Counted from the stretch's first letter, positions 1 to 11,504 are shown. The stretch: 64,000 nt of DNA from Eledone cirrhosa (GCA_964016885.1 OZ024740.1:44454001-44518000), one strand, 5' to 3'. Translations and numbers: made by a program. Notes: generated by a model not told the origin, from the sequence alone.

Positions 1-1644
1 GAAATCAACCAATTAAAATTTTAAACTGCAGCAACACCCTCATTTGCCACTTTCCTCTCACCCCAATCATTTTCATCCTTCCTCAATACATGACCCAACC
101 ATCTCATTCTATTTGTTTTACAGGGTGTACTGCATGCATTTTATTGTGACACCAGCACTAACACTTTACTGAGTACACTGGGTGCATTTCATTCTAGCAC
201 CAGCACTACCACAGTGCAGTGTACACTGAGTGCATTTTAATTGTAGCACCAACACTACCACTTCACTGGTATATTTTATTGTAGCACCAGCACTAGAGAG
301 ACTGTCATATCTTTAATATCAGGTAAACTTAATAGACTTAATCTGTCAACCAGTTTAACACCACCACATGACCCTTGGGTGCTTTTAGTAGAGTCTACTC
401 TGCTGCACTTTAGAGTAGGTCTCTCCCCCACTACAGAGACCCTGAAAAGAGTCATGAGTACAGTCCTTCCTCTTCCAAAATGAACAGTAAAAAAAATATA
501 TATTAAAATTTGTTTTTATTGTTGTTTAGCTCCAAGTCAGTCCTAATGAAACAGAATTTATTATCAAAGTTCTGTGTCATTAGGACTGATGACCATTGGA
601 CAATTTTGTGTAACTACCACTACATTATCCAATGTACCCTTCCTTTTTCAAGATTTGAGGTAATTTGGTTGCTGCTTCAAGCAGTATGTGCACAGAGTCT
701 TACTCAGCTTATATATAGATATCTAAATTTAGCATGTATGTTTGTGTGTATGCATATGTGTAGGTGTATGCTTGGGAATGTGTGCATTCACATGTGTGTG
801 TGTGTGTGAGAGCATATGTGTGTATGTGCATGTATGTGCGTGTGTGTGTGTTTATATGTATTGGACTGCCAGCCTTTAATGCTGTGTGTACAAACCTTCT
901 ACGACCATATTGCCAATATTTTTTAAGATGGTTAGGTATGATTGATTTGAGGGAATTTAACTGCTATTTCTAGCAGGTTCAATTATTAACACAGCTCAGA
1001 TTTAAATATCTAAATTTAACTTGTATCTTTGTGAGTAGGTGTGTGCTTGCGTGTACACATGTGTAGACGTCTGCATGTGTTTAGGTGTCTCCATGTGTGT
1101 ATGTACATGTGTGTGTTTGTATATTTGTGTGTATGTTTGTATTTGTGTATGTGTTTGTATGTTTGTGGCTATGCGTGTATGTAACTGCTTATGTTTATAT
1201 GTGCATGATTAGTGTGCATATAAATGTTTCTATGTTTCAGAGTATTTGTATTTGCATGTTTATGTGTATGTGTGTATGTGAATGAATCTGTATATATGTT
1301 TGTATGTATATGTGTAGTGTGTATGTGAATGTGTCTATGTTTGTGTGAGTGTTTATATGTATGTGTGTATTGGGCAGCCAGGCTTTAGTGCTGTAAGTAC
1401 AACAGACCTACTCTAAGAAGTATTATGTTGCAGTTGAAAGCAACACAATTATCTCAACATGCCTCACTTGAGCTAGCTAACATATAGAAATAGGTGCTAG
1501 GTCTTCTGTAAACATTCTTACATTTCGCTTCTACCCAAAGATAGCAACAGAAATCTATTCTATTGTTGCTTAATCTTCAATAGAAAACTTGTACATGCTT
1601 TATCTATATTTCGATTTGTGTCTGTGTAAACATATATATATATA

Positions 1645-1691
<47 letters not shown>

Positions 1692-1833
1692 ATATACATT
1701 TATATATACACATATGTGTGGGTGGGTGTGTTTATGAGATTGTATATATATAATGTGTGGGTGGGTATGTGTATTACCTATTTAGATTATGTATATGAGT
1801 GTGCATGTAGGCATGCATATATGTATATATATA

Positions 1834-1883
<50 letters not shown>

Positions 1884-1941
1884 TATATATACATATATGT
1901 ATGTATGTATGCATGTATGCATGTACATGCATATGTATGTA

Positions 1942-2262
1942 TGAGTTGAGAAGAAAACCTAGATATAAGAGGAATCATAAGTGGTGTGTAGCAGAGAAGA
2001 TTGCATTGGTATAGACATGATGATTGTTGAGTGGTAAAATGCTAAGAGTCCCAAGTGGATGGATGTCCTATTAAAGAAAATGACCATGAAAGACCTGGGC
2101 AGATGTAGTAAGACTTAGTCTGAAGAAACCGAACCTCACAAACAAAATGGCAAAGGAATGAAACAGGTGGAGCAAATCTGTATAGGAGAAGATTTGTCTA
2201 ACACATACAAGCATGGAAAAACTCATGTTAAAATTATGATGATGATGATGATGATGATGGTG
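1942..2262 (+). mobile_element. Old RTE 3'-end fragment
   Basis: Similar to the ELRKKLEIRGIR...RRLRWYGH region and ends in a (GAT)n tail. Confidence 0.7.
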
Positions 2263-2429
2263 ATGCACTTTTATATGTTTGAGTGTATGTTTATATATGT
2301 GTCAGTCCTTGCACAATCTTCCTTTTTACAGTGGATTTTCATGCTGCATACAGTGGAGAATATCCTTCGACAGACACATGGGAATTCTATTTGTCCTGTA
2401 CTCGTAGTCCGTTGTGAATTCTCAGTCAA

Positions 2430-3065
2430 TAACATGATGCCAATGGATTCACCATTCTTTCCCCCTTTTGGTGAATCCCGAGAGCATCTTTTATTATTGG
2501 AACTTGTAGCAATATAATACAGTCAAAGTGAGGAGCTAACCCACAGGGCCTGTGGATCAAATCTTTCTTGGCATCACCCAGTCATTCCTAGATGGACTCT
2601 GGCCTATTCCTAGAAGTCAATGGTCTAGCCATGTGTCAGTGCTAAGAAACTCTCAGGAGAGCCGGACAACAGAAGGTCTTCAGAGATGAAACCCTGCTCA
2701 AACAAGTGCTTCAGCCCTTAACTTCTTACACTTTAAAAGGGCCAGGTCACATGCAGGTCATGACTCCTGGATGCCCTTCTACTGACATTTACCCATTCCG
2801 ATATCAGAAACTTGTTTATTTAAACGATATGGAGACTGAACAAGCGGAAGAGAAACTGAAACTTGCCATTGAAGAAAAGCATGCTCAAAGAAAGGACAAT
2901 GCAGTAGCACCCAAGGATTGCATCTTCAAATGTAGTCACTGCATACAAGATTGCCACACCCATGAGGGCCAAACAGCCACAACAGACACCGCACAGCCAT
3001 CAGCAGCAAACACAAAATTCCCCAAGTGCAGATACATGGTCTTTTCAGATGTACAGATGCCAACA
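2430..3065 (+). mobile_element. Internally deleted RTE/BovB-type element remnant
   Basis: C-terminal EEKHAQRK...FKCSHCIQDCH Zn-finger-like remnant resembles RTE ORF ends; the upstream sequence resembles an RTE 5' UTR. Confidence 0.5.
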
Positions 3066-3068
3066 AAA

Positions 3069-3262
3069 TAATTGTTTCTACTTTTGGCACAAGGCCAACA
3101 ATTATCCCAGTGTATTACTGGTACTTTATTTTATCGACCCCATAAGGATGAAAGGCAAAGTTAACCTCAGCGGGATTTGAACTCGGACCATAAGCAGCCG
3201 TAAACTCTATGCTGCAAAGTATGGTGTCCGACCCTCTACCGATACTGCCAATCCACCGCCCT
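3069..3262 (-). mobile_element. tRNA-derived SINE family B (~190 bp)
   Basis: GGCGGTGGATTGGCAG...GAGTTCAAATCC...CTTTCATCCTTACGGGGTCGATAAAATAAAGTACC...GAAACAATTATT consensus, repeated more than 12 times in the window. Confidence 0.85.
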
Positions 3263-3369
3263 ATGCCCAGATGCCAACAATATAATAATAACCTATATGT
3301 ATATATAACCTTGCTAGCAGGGAAAGCGGATGTTAAACAATGATGATGATAATGACATATATATATATA

Positions 3370-4390
3370 TATCAACTAGAAATAGATTGACATATATATA
3401 TATATACATATATACATATGGAGGCACATGGCTTAGTGGTTAGAGCATTGGCCTTGCAAACGAAAGGTTGTGAGTTCAATTCTCAGACCGGGTGATGTGT
3501 TGTTTCCTTGAGCAAGACACTTTATTTCACATTGCTCCAGTTTACTCAGCTGTAGAAATGAGATGATAGGGACTGGCGTCCCTATCATTCCACTGCAAAG
3601 TGGTCGTGGAGGTGCCACGGCAAAAAAGCACCCAGCACTCACTGTAAATGAAGTTGGTGTTAGGAAGGGCATCCAGCTGTAGAAATCAAGCCAGCATCAG
3701 TTTCCGTCCCACCCTTGCAAGCAGGGAAAAAGCGGACGTAAAATGAAATGATGATGATGATGATACATGAAACAATCACAGGGAATAATTTGTAAAGAAT
3801 GTAGGCACACATAGCTAGGTAGGTAACTAATTAAAGTTTGACTAGAACTTCAAATATAGATACCTTTTAAAATGATTAATCTCCTTAGTATATATTTCTT
3901 TAAGTAAGAAATATATTTCACTTATTAATCCTGGCTGTCGATGGTCCTATTCACGCCACTGGGATGACGTTGTTCAACGAGTGTATTTTTTTTAAAATGC
4001 AACACGTGGTTCGAATCATTCGCAGATTTGCATTTGCTTTGTAAACACAGATGGTTATTTTTCTTCTCCTTTGGTGAACATCCAAGAATTTAACTGCTGC
4101 GATTTACGGATTAATAGGTGAAATATATTTCTTACTTAAAGAAATATATACTAAGGAGATTAATCATTTTAAAAGGTAAGTTCTAGTCAAACTTTAATTA
4201 GTTACCTAACTATGTGTGCCTACATTCTTTACAAATTATTCCCTGTGATTGTTTCATGTATTTATTTTAGATATATATATATGTCAATCTATTTCTAGTT
4301 GATATGTAATGCTCGGATCTAATCTTTGAGCTTATTCTACGGTGGATATACCGCACGTCTCTCAGACATGACAACCCTTAATTTTAATTT
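3370..4390. mobile_element. Fold-back element (probable non-coding PLE remnant); left arm interrupted by a SINE
   Basis: 3370-3400 plus 3765-3930 is the reverse complement of 4107-4305. It has a one-sided tail and (TA)n flanks. Confidence 0.7.
3420..3764 (+). mobile_element. tRNA-derived SINE family A with RTE-derived 3' tail
   Basis: A-box TGGCTTAGTGG, B-box GAGTTCAATTC, 3' part matching the RTE family 2 3' UTR, (GAT)n tail. Confidence 0.88.
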
Positions 4391-5165
4391 TGGATATATA
4401 TATATATATTTCGTTTTTTAATTTGTTTAGCAAGATTCTTTATCTAAAAACGTGTGTTGAAACCGATATTGTTATACTGTGGGAGGGTCATGTTGCTAAT
4501 AAGAAACACACGCACCAGTTGCTTTCACTCCAATTTATTATAAATGTAATTTATAAATTTAAGAAATTTGTAAATTTCCGGTTGGTTGGTTGGTTCCACA
4601 ACCGGGCGGTTGTTCATATATTGTCAAAGTTCTTTCGTCACACATTCTGTGACCTCTTCAGTGACTGGGGATTATTTTCTTTGTTTTGTGCCTCTCCTTT
4701 GTTCTGTCCTACACCATCTTATTTTTGTGTGTTGTGTGCTTAGTTTACACATGTGTTACATCTGGGTGTCTGTGTGTGTTTTTATTTGTTTATTTACATG
4801 TTACTAGTTGGTTGTTTGTTCTATGTGTGTGTGTTTTCATTTTGTCCTTAATTGTAAGTTGTGATGTTGCTATTCCATTCATGTTTTCTATTTAATTTTG
4901 GTTGGAGTTCATTTATGTTTATTGCCTCTGTGATTTGTCTAAACATTGCGTCTTTTCTGTGTGTAAATTTTATTTTTATTTCTATGTTCTCTAATTTGCC
5001 CTTATTTTCTATTTTAGCATGTTGGTGGAGTACTGATGATTCTTTTCTATCTTGAAGCTCTCGCCAGTGTTCATTTAATCGTTCTCCTATACTACAAGCT
5101 GTCTCACCTATGTTCACTATATTCTTATCTTTACATTGTCCCTCAGTATATCTTATGCTATATAC

Positions 5166-6454
5166 ATGCAGTGGGGGCCAGTATAAAACTAACCCTTAAG
5201 GAACATATGTTCAAATTTAATGGAAAAACATATGTCCAAGAGTAGGGAGCAGCCATTGGTGTTAGCATTGCAGGTGACATAGCTAACCTATTTATGGTAA
5301 GGTGGGACAATAAACTTAAAGAACAATTAGAAGACAGCAACCTCTTAACCCTGATAATGTACTCTCGTTACATTGATGATATAAACATCGTAGTAAAAAC
5401 ACCCCCACTAGAGAACAATCAGGAATTAGAGAAAAACACCATGGAAAGCATCCAGCATATAGCTAACTCCATCCACCAGAGTATTAGAGTTACTATAGAC
5501 TACCCAAGCAAACACCCCAACCATCGATTACTTGTACTAGACACAGAGCTCTGGTTAGAAACCAAATCCTCCATTCCCATTATGCCAAACCCATGACTTC
5601 CAAATACCTGATCCACCGAAACTTAGCTGTTTCGGATCACACCAAAATCAACATACTGATTGCGGATTTATTACGGGTGATGGGGAATGTATCCTGCATG
5701 TGCAACCCCAAAGAACTAGAGAGACACATACAACACTTCATCCACCGTATGCAGTTCTCTGGTTACAATCAGAGAGATAAAATAAGAGTATATAGAGGAG
5801 CCAGAACCAAATGGGAAAAAATGGTAAATAATGATACAAATGGGATCTCCCCCTTGTATAGGAGCAAATTTTGGAATAGAATAGAAAGAACTAGGAATAA
5901 GGTTAATAGAATAAACTCATGGTATGATAGCAATAAATACCAGAGTGTAATGTTTATCAATACAACCCTTAGAGGTGAACTAGCTTACAAATTTAGAAGG
6001 GCCATAGATAAACTTAAACTAAATATTAAGATAGTGGAAAGACCAGGTACCTCCATAAAAACACTTATTAGTAATACATACCCTTTTCAAAGACCTCCCT
6101 GTATAGATAAGAAATGCATACTCTAGAAACATAGTATATAGAATAAGATGTACTGAGGGACAATGTAAAGATAAGAATATAGTGTACATAGGTGAGACAG
6201 CTTGTAGTATAGGAGAACGATTAAATGAACACTGGCGAGAGCTTCAAGATAGAAAAGAATCATCAGTACTCCACCAACATGCTAAAATAGAACATAAGGG
6301 CAAATTAAAGAACATAGAAATAAAAATAAAATCTACACACAGAAAAGAGGCAATGTTTAGACAAATAACAGAGGCAATAATAAACATAAATGAACTCCAA
6401 CCCAAATTAAACAGAAAACATGAATGGAATAGCAACATCACAACTTACAATTAA
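5166..6454 (+). pseudogene. Disrupted Penelope RT + GIY-YIG endonuclease ORF
   Basis: FKFNGKTYVQE*GAAIG, YSRYIDDI, LLVLDTELW, HYAKPM, then YIGETACSIGERLNEH...SVLHQH...RQITEA...PKLNRKHEW. Stops or frameshifts near 5243, 5594 and 6124. Confidence 0.88.
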
Positions 6455-6636
6455 GGACAAAATGAAAACACACACATAGAACAAACAACCAACTAGTAAC
6501 ATGTAAATAAACAAATAAAAACACACACAGACACCCGGAGGTAACACATACGCAAACTAAGCACACAACACACACAAAAACAAGATGGCGTAGGACAGAA
6601 CAAAGGAGAGGCACAAAACAAAGAAAAGAATCCCCA

Positions 6637-6679
6637 GTCACTGAAGAGGTCACAGAATGTGTGACGAAAGAACTTTGAC
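6637..6679 (+). ncRNA. Type I hammerhead ribozyme motif in the PLE pseudo-LTR (mirror copy 4623-4665, minus strand)
   Basis: GUCA-CUGAAGA-G-GUCACA(gaaug)UGUGAC-GAAA-GAAC-UU-UGAC. Stem III is minimal and not palindromic. Confidence 0.65.
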
Positions 6680-6828
6680 AATATATGAACAACCGTCCGG
6701 TTGTGGAACCATCCAACCAACCGGAAATTTACAAATTTCTTAAATTTATAAATTTAATTTATAATAAATTGGAGTGAAAGCAACTGGTGCGTGTGTTTCT
6801 TATTGGCAACATGACCCTCCCAAAGTAT

Positions 6829-6873
<45 letters not shown>

Positions 6874-6874
<1 letters not shown>

Positions 6875-9800
6875 GAGAATGCGAGCACTCTTCTTTGTTT
6901 CGCCCGCGGATGGCTAACATAACCCCATCTCCCCCCGCCCCACACCACCCCCACCCTCCAAACGCGATCCAAAACTTCAGAGTTGGTACCATAAATGTAG
7001 GCACCCTAAAGGGGCGCGCTAACGAGGTTGTAGAAATGCTTGAACGTAAGGAGGTCGATGTTTGTTGTATTCAAGAGACCAGGTGGAGGGGTGGGTCTGC
7101 TAGATTCATTGAGGGTAAAAAACGATGTTATAAGCTTTTCTGGGTGGGAAACGACGATGGGCTGGGTGGAGTAGGAATCATGGTAGCAGAAAAGTGGGCG
7201 GATAAGATAATAGACGTAAATAGAGTGAACGACAGAATAATTAAAATACGACTTGTCCTCAATAGAACTACGGTGACAGTAATATCTGCGTATGCACCCC
7301 AATCCGGACTGCCCGGCACTATAAAAGACAGATTCTATGAGACACTGATGCTCACTACCTCCCAAATATCTGACAGTGACTATATAATTATTGCAGGCGA
7401 CCTAAATGGTCACGTTGGGCAACATTGTGACGGCTACGACGAAATCCATGGAGGCTATGGGTTTGGTACTAGAAATGAGGAAGGCTCCAGAATCCTGGAA
7501 TTCTGTGATGCAAATAACCTAACTATCTGTAACACTAACTTCAAAAAACGTGACAATCACCTGATCACCTATAGATCCGGGGAACACACAAGCCAGGTAG
7601 ATTATATCCTTACCAGAAGACGTGACAGAGTGTCTGTTGTAAACACTAAATCCCTCCCCCATGAAGAATGCACCTCCCAACATAGACTGATAATTAGCGA
7701 CCTCATAGTCAGGTCGAGACGTACTCGACAGCAGAAGAGGACTATCCTCAGGAGAAAAATATGGAAGCTAAAGGACCCCACAGCCAAAAATAAATTCCAA
7801 AACATATTACTTGATGCTTTCGACAGTAAGGAAGAACACTTAGAGTCGGACAATATAGAGGGACAGTGGGAATTTCTGAAAGCAAACCTGCTGTTGGCCA
7901 CAGACGAAGTCTGTGGCTGGAGCAGGCCTGTAGGCAGGAGGAGAGTAACATGGTGGTGGAACAGTAAGGTGGAGGAGTCAATTAAGGCCAAAAAGCAGGC
8001 TTGGAAAGTATGGCGGGATGGGGGAAGTAGAGTAGACTATCAAGTGGCCAGGAGGGAAGCTAGGAGAGAAGTGTACTTAGCAAGAAGGGAAGCTGAGGAA
8101 AGAAAGTTCAAGCATGTCCTACAACGCGATGACCAAAAACGTGAGGTGTTCAGGATTGCTAGGCAATGCGTCAAGGAAAACCGTGATATTGTCGGGGAGA
8201 AGTGTGTACTTAACGATGATGGCATACTTGCCATCACCGACACTGATAAGAAGGCAGCTTGGAAGTGTCACTATGAAAGGCTACTAAATGAGGAGAATAA
8301 ATGGGAGAAAGACAGTCTCCCCCATGTCGACCCAATAGAGGGACCAGCAGTGTTAGTCGAGGGGAGTATAATAAGTAAGGCAATCAAGGATATGAAGACA
8401 GGTAAGGCGGCTGGGCCTTCGGAAATAGTTGCTGAGATGCTGAAGGCATCTGGCACGGTGGGACACACCATGGTCACCCGCATAGTTAACCAAGTCGTAC
8501 AGAATGGGGCTGTTCCGAAGGACTGGCATAGCAGCATCATCGTTAACTGTTATAAGGGTAAAGGAGACGCCCTAGATAGGAGTAACTATAGAGGCATTAA
8601 ATTAATCGACCAGGTCATGAAGGTCACAGAAAAAGTAATAGCGCAACTAATCAGAGAGAGAATTGACCTAGATGAAATGCAGTTCGGGTTTGTGTCAGGC
8701 AAAAGTACCACAGACGCTCTTTTCATAGTACGACAACTACAGGAGAAGTACCTAGCTAAAGGTAAACCCCTCTACTTAGCTTTTGTCGACTTGGAGAAAG
8801 CCTTCGACAGAGTCCCCCGCTCCATTATCTGGTGGGCTCTTAGAAAACTAGGTGTTGACGAATGGCTTGTGAGGGCTATACAAGCCATGTATAAAGAAAC
8901 AGTCAGCAAGGTTAGAATTAACAACGAATATAGTGAAGAGTTTAGCGTAAAAGTTGGCGTCCATCAGGGCTCTGTTCTCAGCCCCCTACTATTTATTATT
9001 GCCCTTCAGGCTATAACAGAGGAGTTCAAGACAGGCTGCCCATGGGAACTCCTATACGCAGACGACCTGACACTCATAGCGGAATCAATGGCCGAGCTAG
9101 AGAAGAAATTCCAAACATGGAAGCACGGCCTAGAGTCAAAAGGACTTAAAATTAACCTGGCTAAGACCAAAGTTCTAGTTTGTAGGAAAGAAAACAAGGC
9201 GGCGGTCCCTTCTGGGAAATGGTCGTGCTCGGTGTGTAGGAAAGGCGTAGGTAGAAACTCCATTTTGTGTCCTAAATGCAAAGTATGGGTGCATAAAAGA
9301 TGTAGTGGGATCACAGGTAAGCTAACTAAGAACATAGATTTTACATGTGGCCGGTGTTCTGGTGCAATAAGTAGCAGCAAGTGCCCACACAATACTAGCT
9401 CTTTCAATTGCGCAGAGGGTTCTATAGAAATAGTGGACAGCTTCCGTTACCTGGGCGATAAAATCAGCAGTGGGGGAGGGTGCTCTGAAAGTACTGTAGC
9501 TAGAGTCAGAACTGGTTGGAAAAAGTTCAGAGAGCTTATACCACTATTAGCTGCTAAAGGGTTCTCCCTAAAAATGAAAGGCAGGTTGTACGATGCCTGC
9601 ATACGAACAGCAATGTTGCATGGCAGTGAGACCTGGGCATTGTGTGCAGAGGATATACGCAGACTAGAGAGGAACGAAGCTTGCATGCTCCGCTGGATGT
9701 GTAACAGTAATATACGTGAACGGCAAAGCATAAACGAACTAAGGAAAAAATTAGAGATAAGAGGGATCAGATGTTGTTTACTCGAGAGAAGGCTACGTTG

Positions 9801-10385
9801 GTATGGACACGTGATGCGCATGAAAGTCGATAGCTGTATAACAAAGTGCAGGGCAATAAAGATAGACGGTAGCCACGGAATAGGCAGACCTAGAAAAACC
9901 TGGGACGAGCTGATAAACTCCGACCTCACACACTTACACCTCTCCAAGACAATGTCACTGGACCGAGACCTTTGGCGGTACTCAGTAACAGAGAAGACCC
10001 GCCTTGCCAGTAGGCATCTCTAACAAAATACACCCCGTCCCACCACCACCACCCCCACCCCATCCACACCACCCCGTCCTATGTAAAGTTATGTTGGTGC
10101 CGCGCCATCCGGGCCGAAACAAATGAGATCGTGTAGGTGTCACGACAAAAAAACACACAGTCCACGCTGTAATGTGGCCGTGTAGGCAACACGGTAAAAA
10201 CCTCCCAGACCCACACTGTAAATGTGGTTGGTGTTAGGAAGGGCATCCAACTGTAGAAAACCTGCCAGACAGTCCTATGCGAGCAAGACAATCACTCTTG
10301 CCTCAAGTGGGACTACCCCCGTCCAAACCCATGCAAGCGTGGAACACGGACGTTAAACGTTGATGATGATGATGATGATGATGAT
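6874..10385 (+). mobile_element. Apparently full-length RTE-clade non-LTR retrotransposon (family 1)
   Basis: Single long ORF, about 340-bp 3' UTR, terminal stem-loop and (GAT)n tail, flanked on both sides by (AT)n. Confidence 0.95.
6910..10023 (+). CDS. RTE LINE polyprotein: APE endonuclease + reverse transcriptase with inserted PHD-like Zn finger (1037 aa from first ATG)
   Basis: APE motifs GTINVGTL, CIQETRW, SAYAPQ, AGDLNGHVG, DYIL. RT motifs FVDLEKAFDRV, GVHQGSVLSPLLF, LYADDL, YLG. C-terminal RRLRWYGHV and GRPRKTW. No internal stop. Confidence 0.95.
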   Translation: MANITPSPPAPHHPHPPNAIQNFRVGTINVGTLKGRANEVVEMLERKEVDVCCIQETRWRGGSARFIEGKKRCYKLFWVGNDDGLGGVGIMVAEKWADKIIDVNRVNDRIIKIRLVLNRTTVTVISAYAPQSGLPGTIKDRFYETLMLTTSQISDSDYIIIAGDLNGHVGQHCDGYDEIHGGYGFGTRNEEGSRILEFCDANNLTICNTNFKKRDNHLITYRSGEHTSQVDYILTRRRDRVSVVNTKSLPHEECTSQHRLIISDLIVRSRRTRQQKRTILRRKIWKLKDPTAKNKFQNILLDAFDSKEEHLESDNIEGQWEFLKANLLLATDEVCGWSRPVGRRRVTWWWNSKVEESIKAKKQAWKVWRDGGSRVDYQVARREARREVYLARREAEERKFKHVLQRDDQKREVFRIARQCVKENRDIVGEKCVLNDDGILAITDTDKKAAWKCHYERLLNEENKWEKDSLPHVDPIEGPAVLVEGSIISKAIKDMKTGKAAGPSEIVAEMLKASGTVGHTMVTRIVNQVVQNGAVPKDWHSSIIVNCYKGKGDALDRSNYRGIKLIDQVMKVTEKVIAQLIRERIDLDEMQFGFVSGKSTTDALFIVRQLQEKYLAKGKPLYLAFVDLEKAFDRVPRSIIWWALRKLGVDEWLVRAIQAMYKETVSKVRINNEYSEEFSVKVGVHQGSVLSPLLFIIALQAITEEFKTGCPWELLYADDLTLIAESMAELEKKFQTWKHGLESKGLKINLAKTKVLVCRKENKAAVPSGKWSCSVCRKGVGRNSILCPKCKVWVHKRCSGITGKLTKNIDFTCGRCSGAISSSKCPHNTSSFNCAEGSIEIVDSFRYLGDKISSGGGCSESTVARVRTGWKKFRELIPLLAAKGFSLKMKGRLYDACIRTAMLHGSETWALCAEDIRRLERNEACMLRWMCNSNIRERQSINELRKKLEIRGIRCCLLERRLRWYGHVMRMKVDSCITKCRAIKIDGSHGIGRPRKTWDELINSDLTHLHLSKTMSLDRDLWRYSVTEKTRLASRHL

Positions 10386-10428
10386 ATATATATAACAAAT
10401 AGTTTATCGCTCTACATGGCTGAATACA

Positions 10429-10544
10429 ATAAATGTAACCTGAGTTTTTCAAATATTAATAATAATATTTGATTCGTCTGCAATTATGCAAACAGATGAA
10501 TCAAATAATATTATTAATATTAAAAAAACTCAGGTTACATTTAT
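10429..10544. repeat. Hairpin, 52-bp arms, 12-nt loop
   Basis: ataaatgtaacctgag...gattcgtctg / cagatgaatc...ctcaggttacatttat, between (TA)n tracts. Confidence 0.85.
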
Positions 10545-10741
10545 ATATACATATATATATATAGATAGATAGATAGATATAAATAAATATACACGGGTGT
10601 GTATGATTGTGTATAGAAGATTATATTAATAAAAGGAATTCCAACTTTGTCTGATTTACTCGTTTTATTTACAATCCTTTAAAATGTATAATGGTATTAG
10701 AATGAAATAGTATGGTAGAATATTAAATGTTAAGTGTTAAT

Positions 10742-10780
10742 TGAACAAGTACTTTCATGCTTTCGCAATCTTCAGGTTCA
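10742..10780 (-). ncRNA. Minimal type I hammerhead ribozyme motif
   Basis: UGAAC-CUGAAGA-U-UGC(gaaa)GCA-U-GAAA-GUAC-UU-GUUCA, with palindromic stem III AAGUACUU. Confidence 0.75.
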
Positions 10781-11504
10781 TGTTCAGTGGTGACAGTCAA
10801 GTTTGCAATTTTCAACTATATATATAAGTATATAAATGTGTATATAGATATATATGGGTGTGTATGAGTGAATGTATGTCTGTGCATGTTTCCATGTTGA
10901 CATGTTGGCACAGTTTTAACATTCAGTACCATGTGTTTATGCCTGCCAGTTTAGCAGTTCAATGGGAAATGTTCAGTGGATATATGTACCTTACTTTAAA
11001 ATGAATTATTGTTTATATCAGTAAAGGCATCCAGCCACAAAATACTGCAAGCAGGGAATAGGAGTCCATAATAGCAACAAATGATGATGATGATGGCTAT
11101 GATGAGGTGGAGGAAGGGGATTGTGGTATTGGCGGTGGTGGTAATGAGAATAATGGATGATGATGGTGATGATGATAAGACTGTATGTATAATCAGCTGT
11201 GTATAGGCTGTATAGGTAGTCTATATACCATCATGGTTGTCTATAACATTAAAGCCAGCTTGGCTGCTGCCTGGAGCACACACAACAGTGTATCATTGAA
11301 CCAGAAAAGATCAGTTTTATATAAATTAGTATATTTTTGTTTTCTTGCTTACCCCAAGAAAGGCAATAAAACCACTAACAAAAAGGGGGTTACTTAGAAG
11401 GACAAGACAGAGAGATGTTGATGATGATGATGATGATGGTGATGGTGGTGATGATGATGACGATAATGAGGAGGAGGAGGAGGATTTGAGAATTTACTAC
11501 TTAC

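Larger units (their letters stand above)
4408..6836 (+). mobile_element. 5'-truncated Penelope-like element (PLE) with inverted pseudo-LTR
   Basis: 4466-5165 is an inverted copy of 6134-6836. Between the arms are RT remnants, and a GIY-YIG domain lies in the repeated part. Confidence 0.9.

Noticed and set aside
510-1978. Short Cys/Val/Tyr/Ile-rich ORFs
   Set aside because: Translations of TG/TA microsatellite-rich DNA; the same applies to similar ORFs at 20.3k, 22.1k, 23.3k and 62.2k.
3420-3492. tRNA gene
   Set aside because: A/B boxes are present, but it is the head of a multi-copy SINE and no convincing cloverleaf or terminator is seen.
6787-6909. N-terminal extension of the 1078-aa ORF
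   Set aside because: It reads through the PLE end and an (AT)n tract; the first ATG within the LINE is at 6910.
7006-9947. Antisense ORFs inside the RTE element (also 27667-30218 and 30837-31568)
   Set aside because: Shadow ORFs of the LINE coding strand with no independent motifs.
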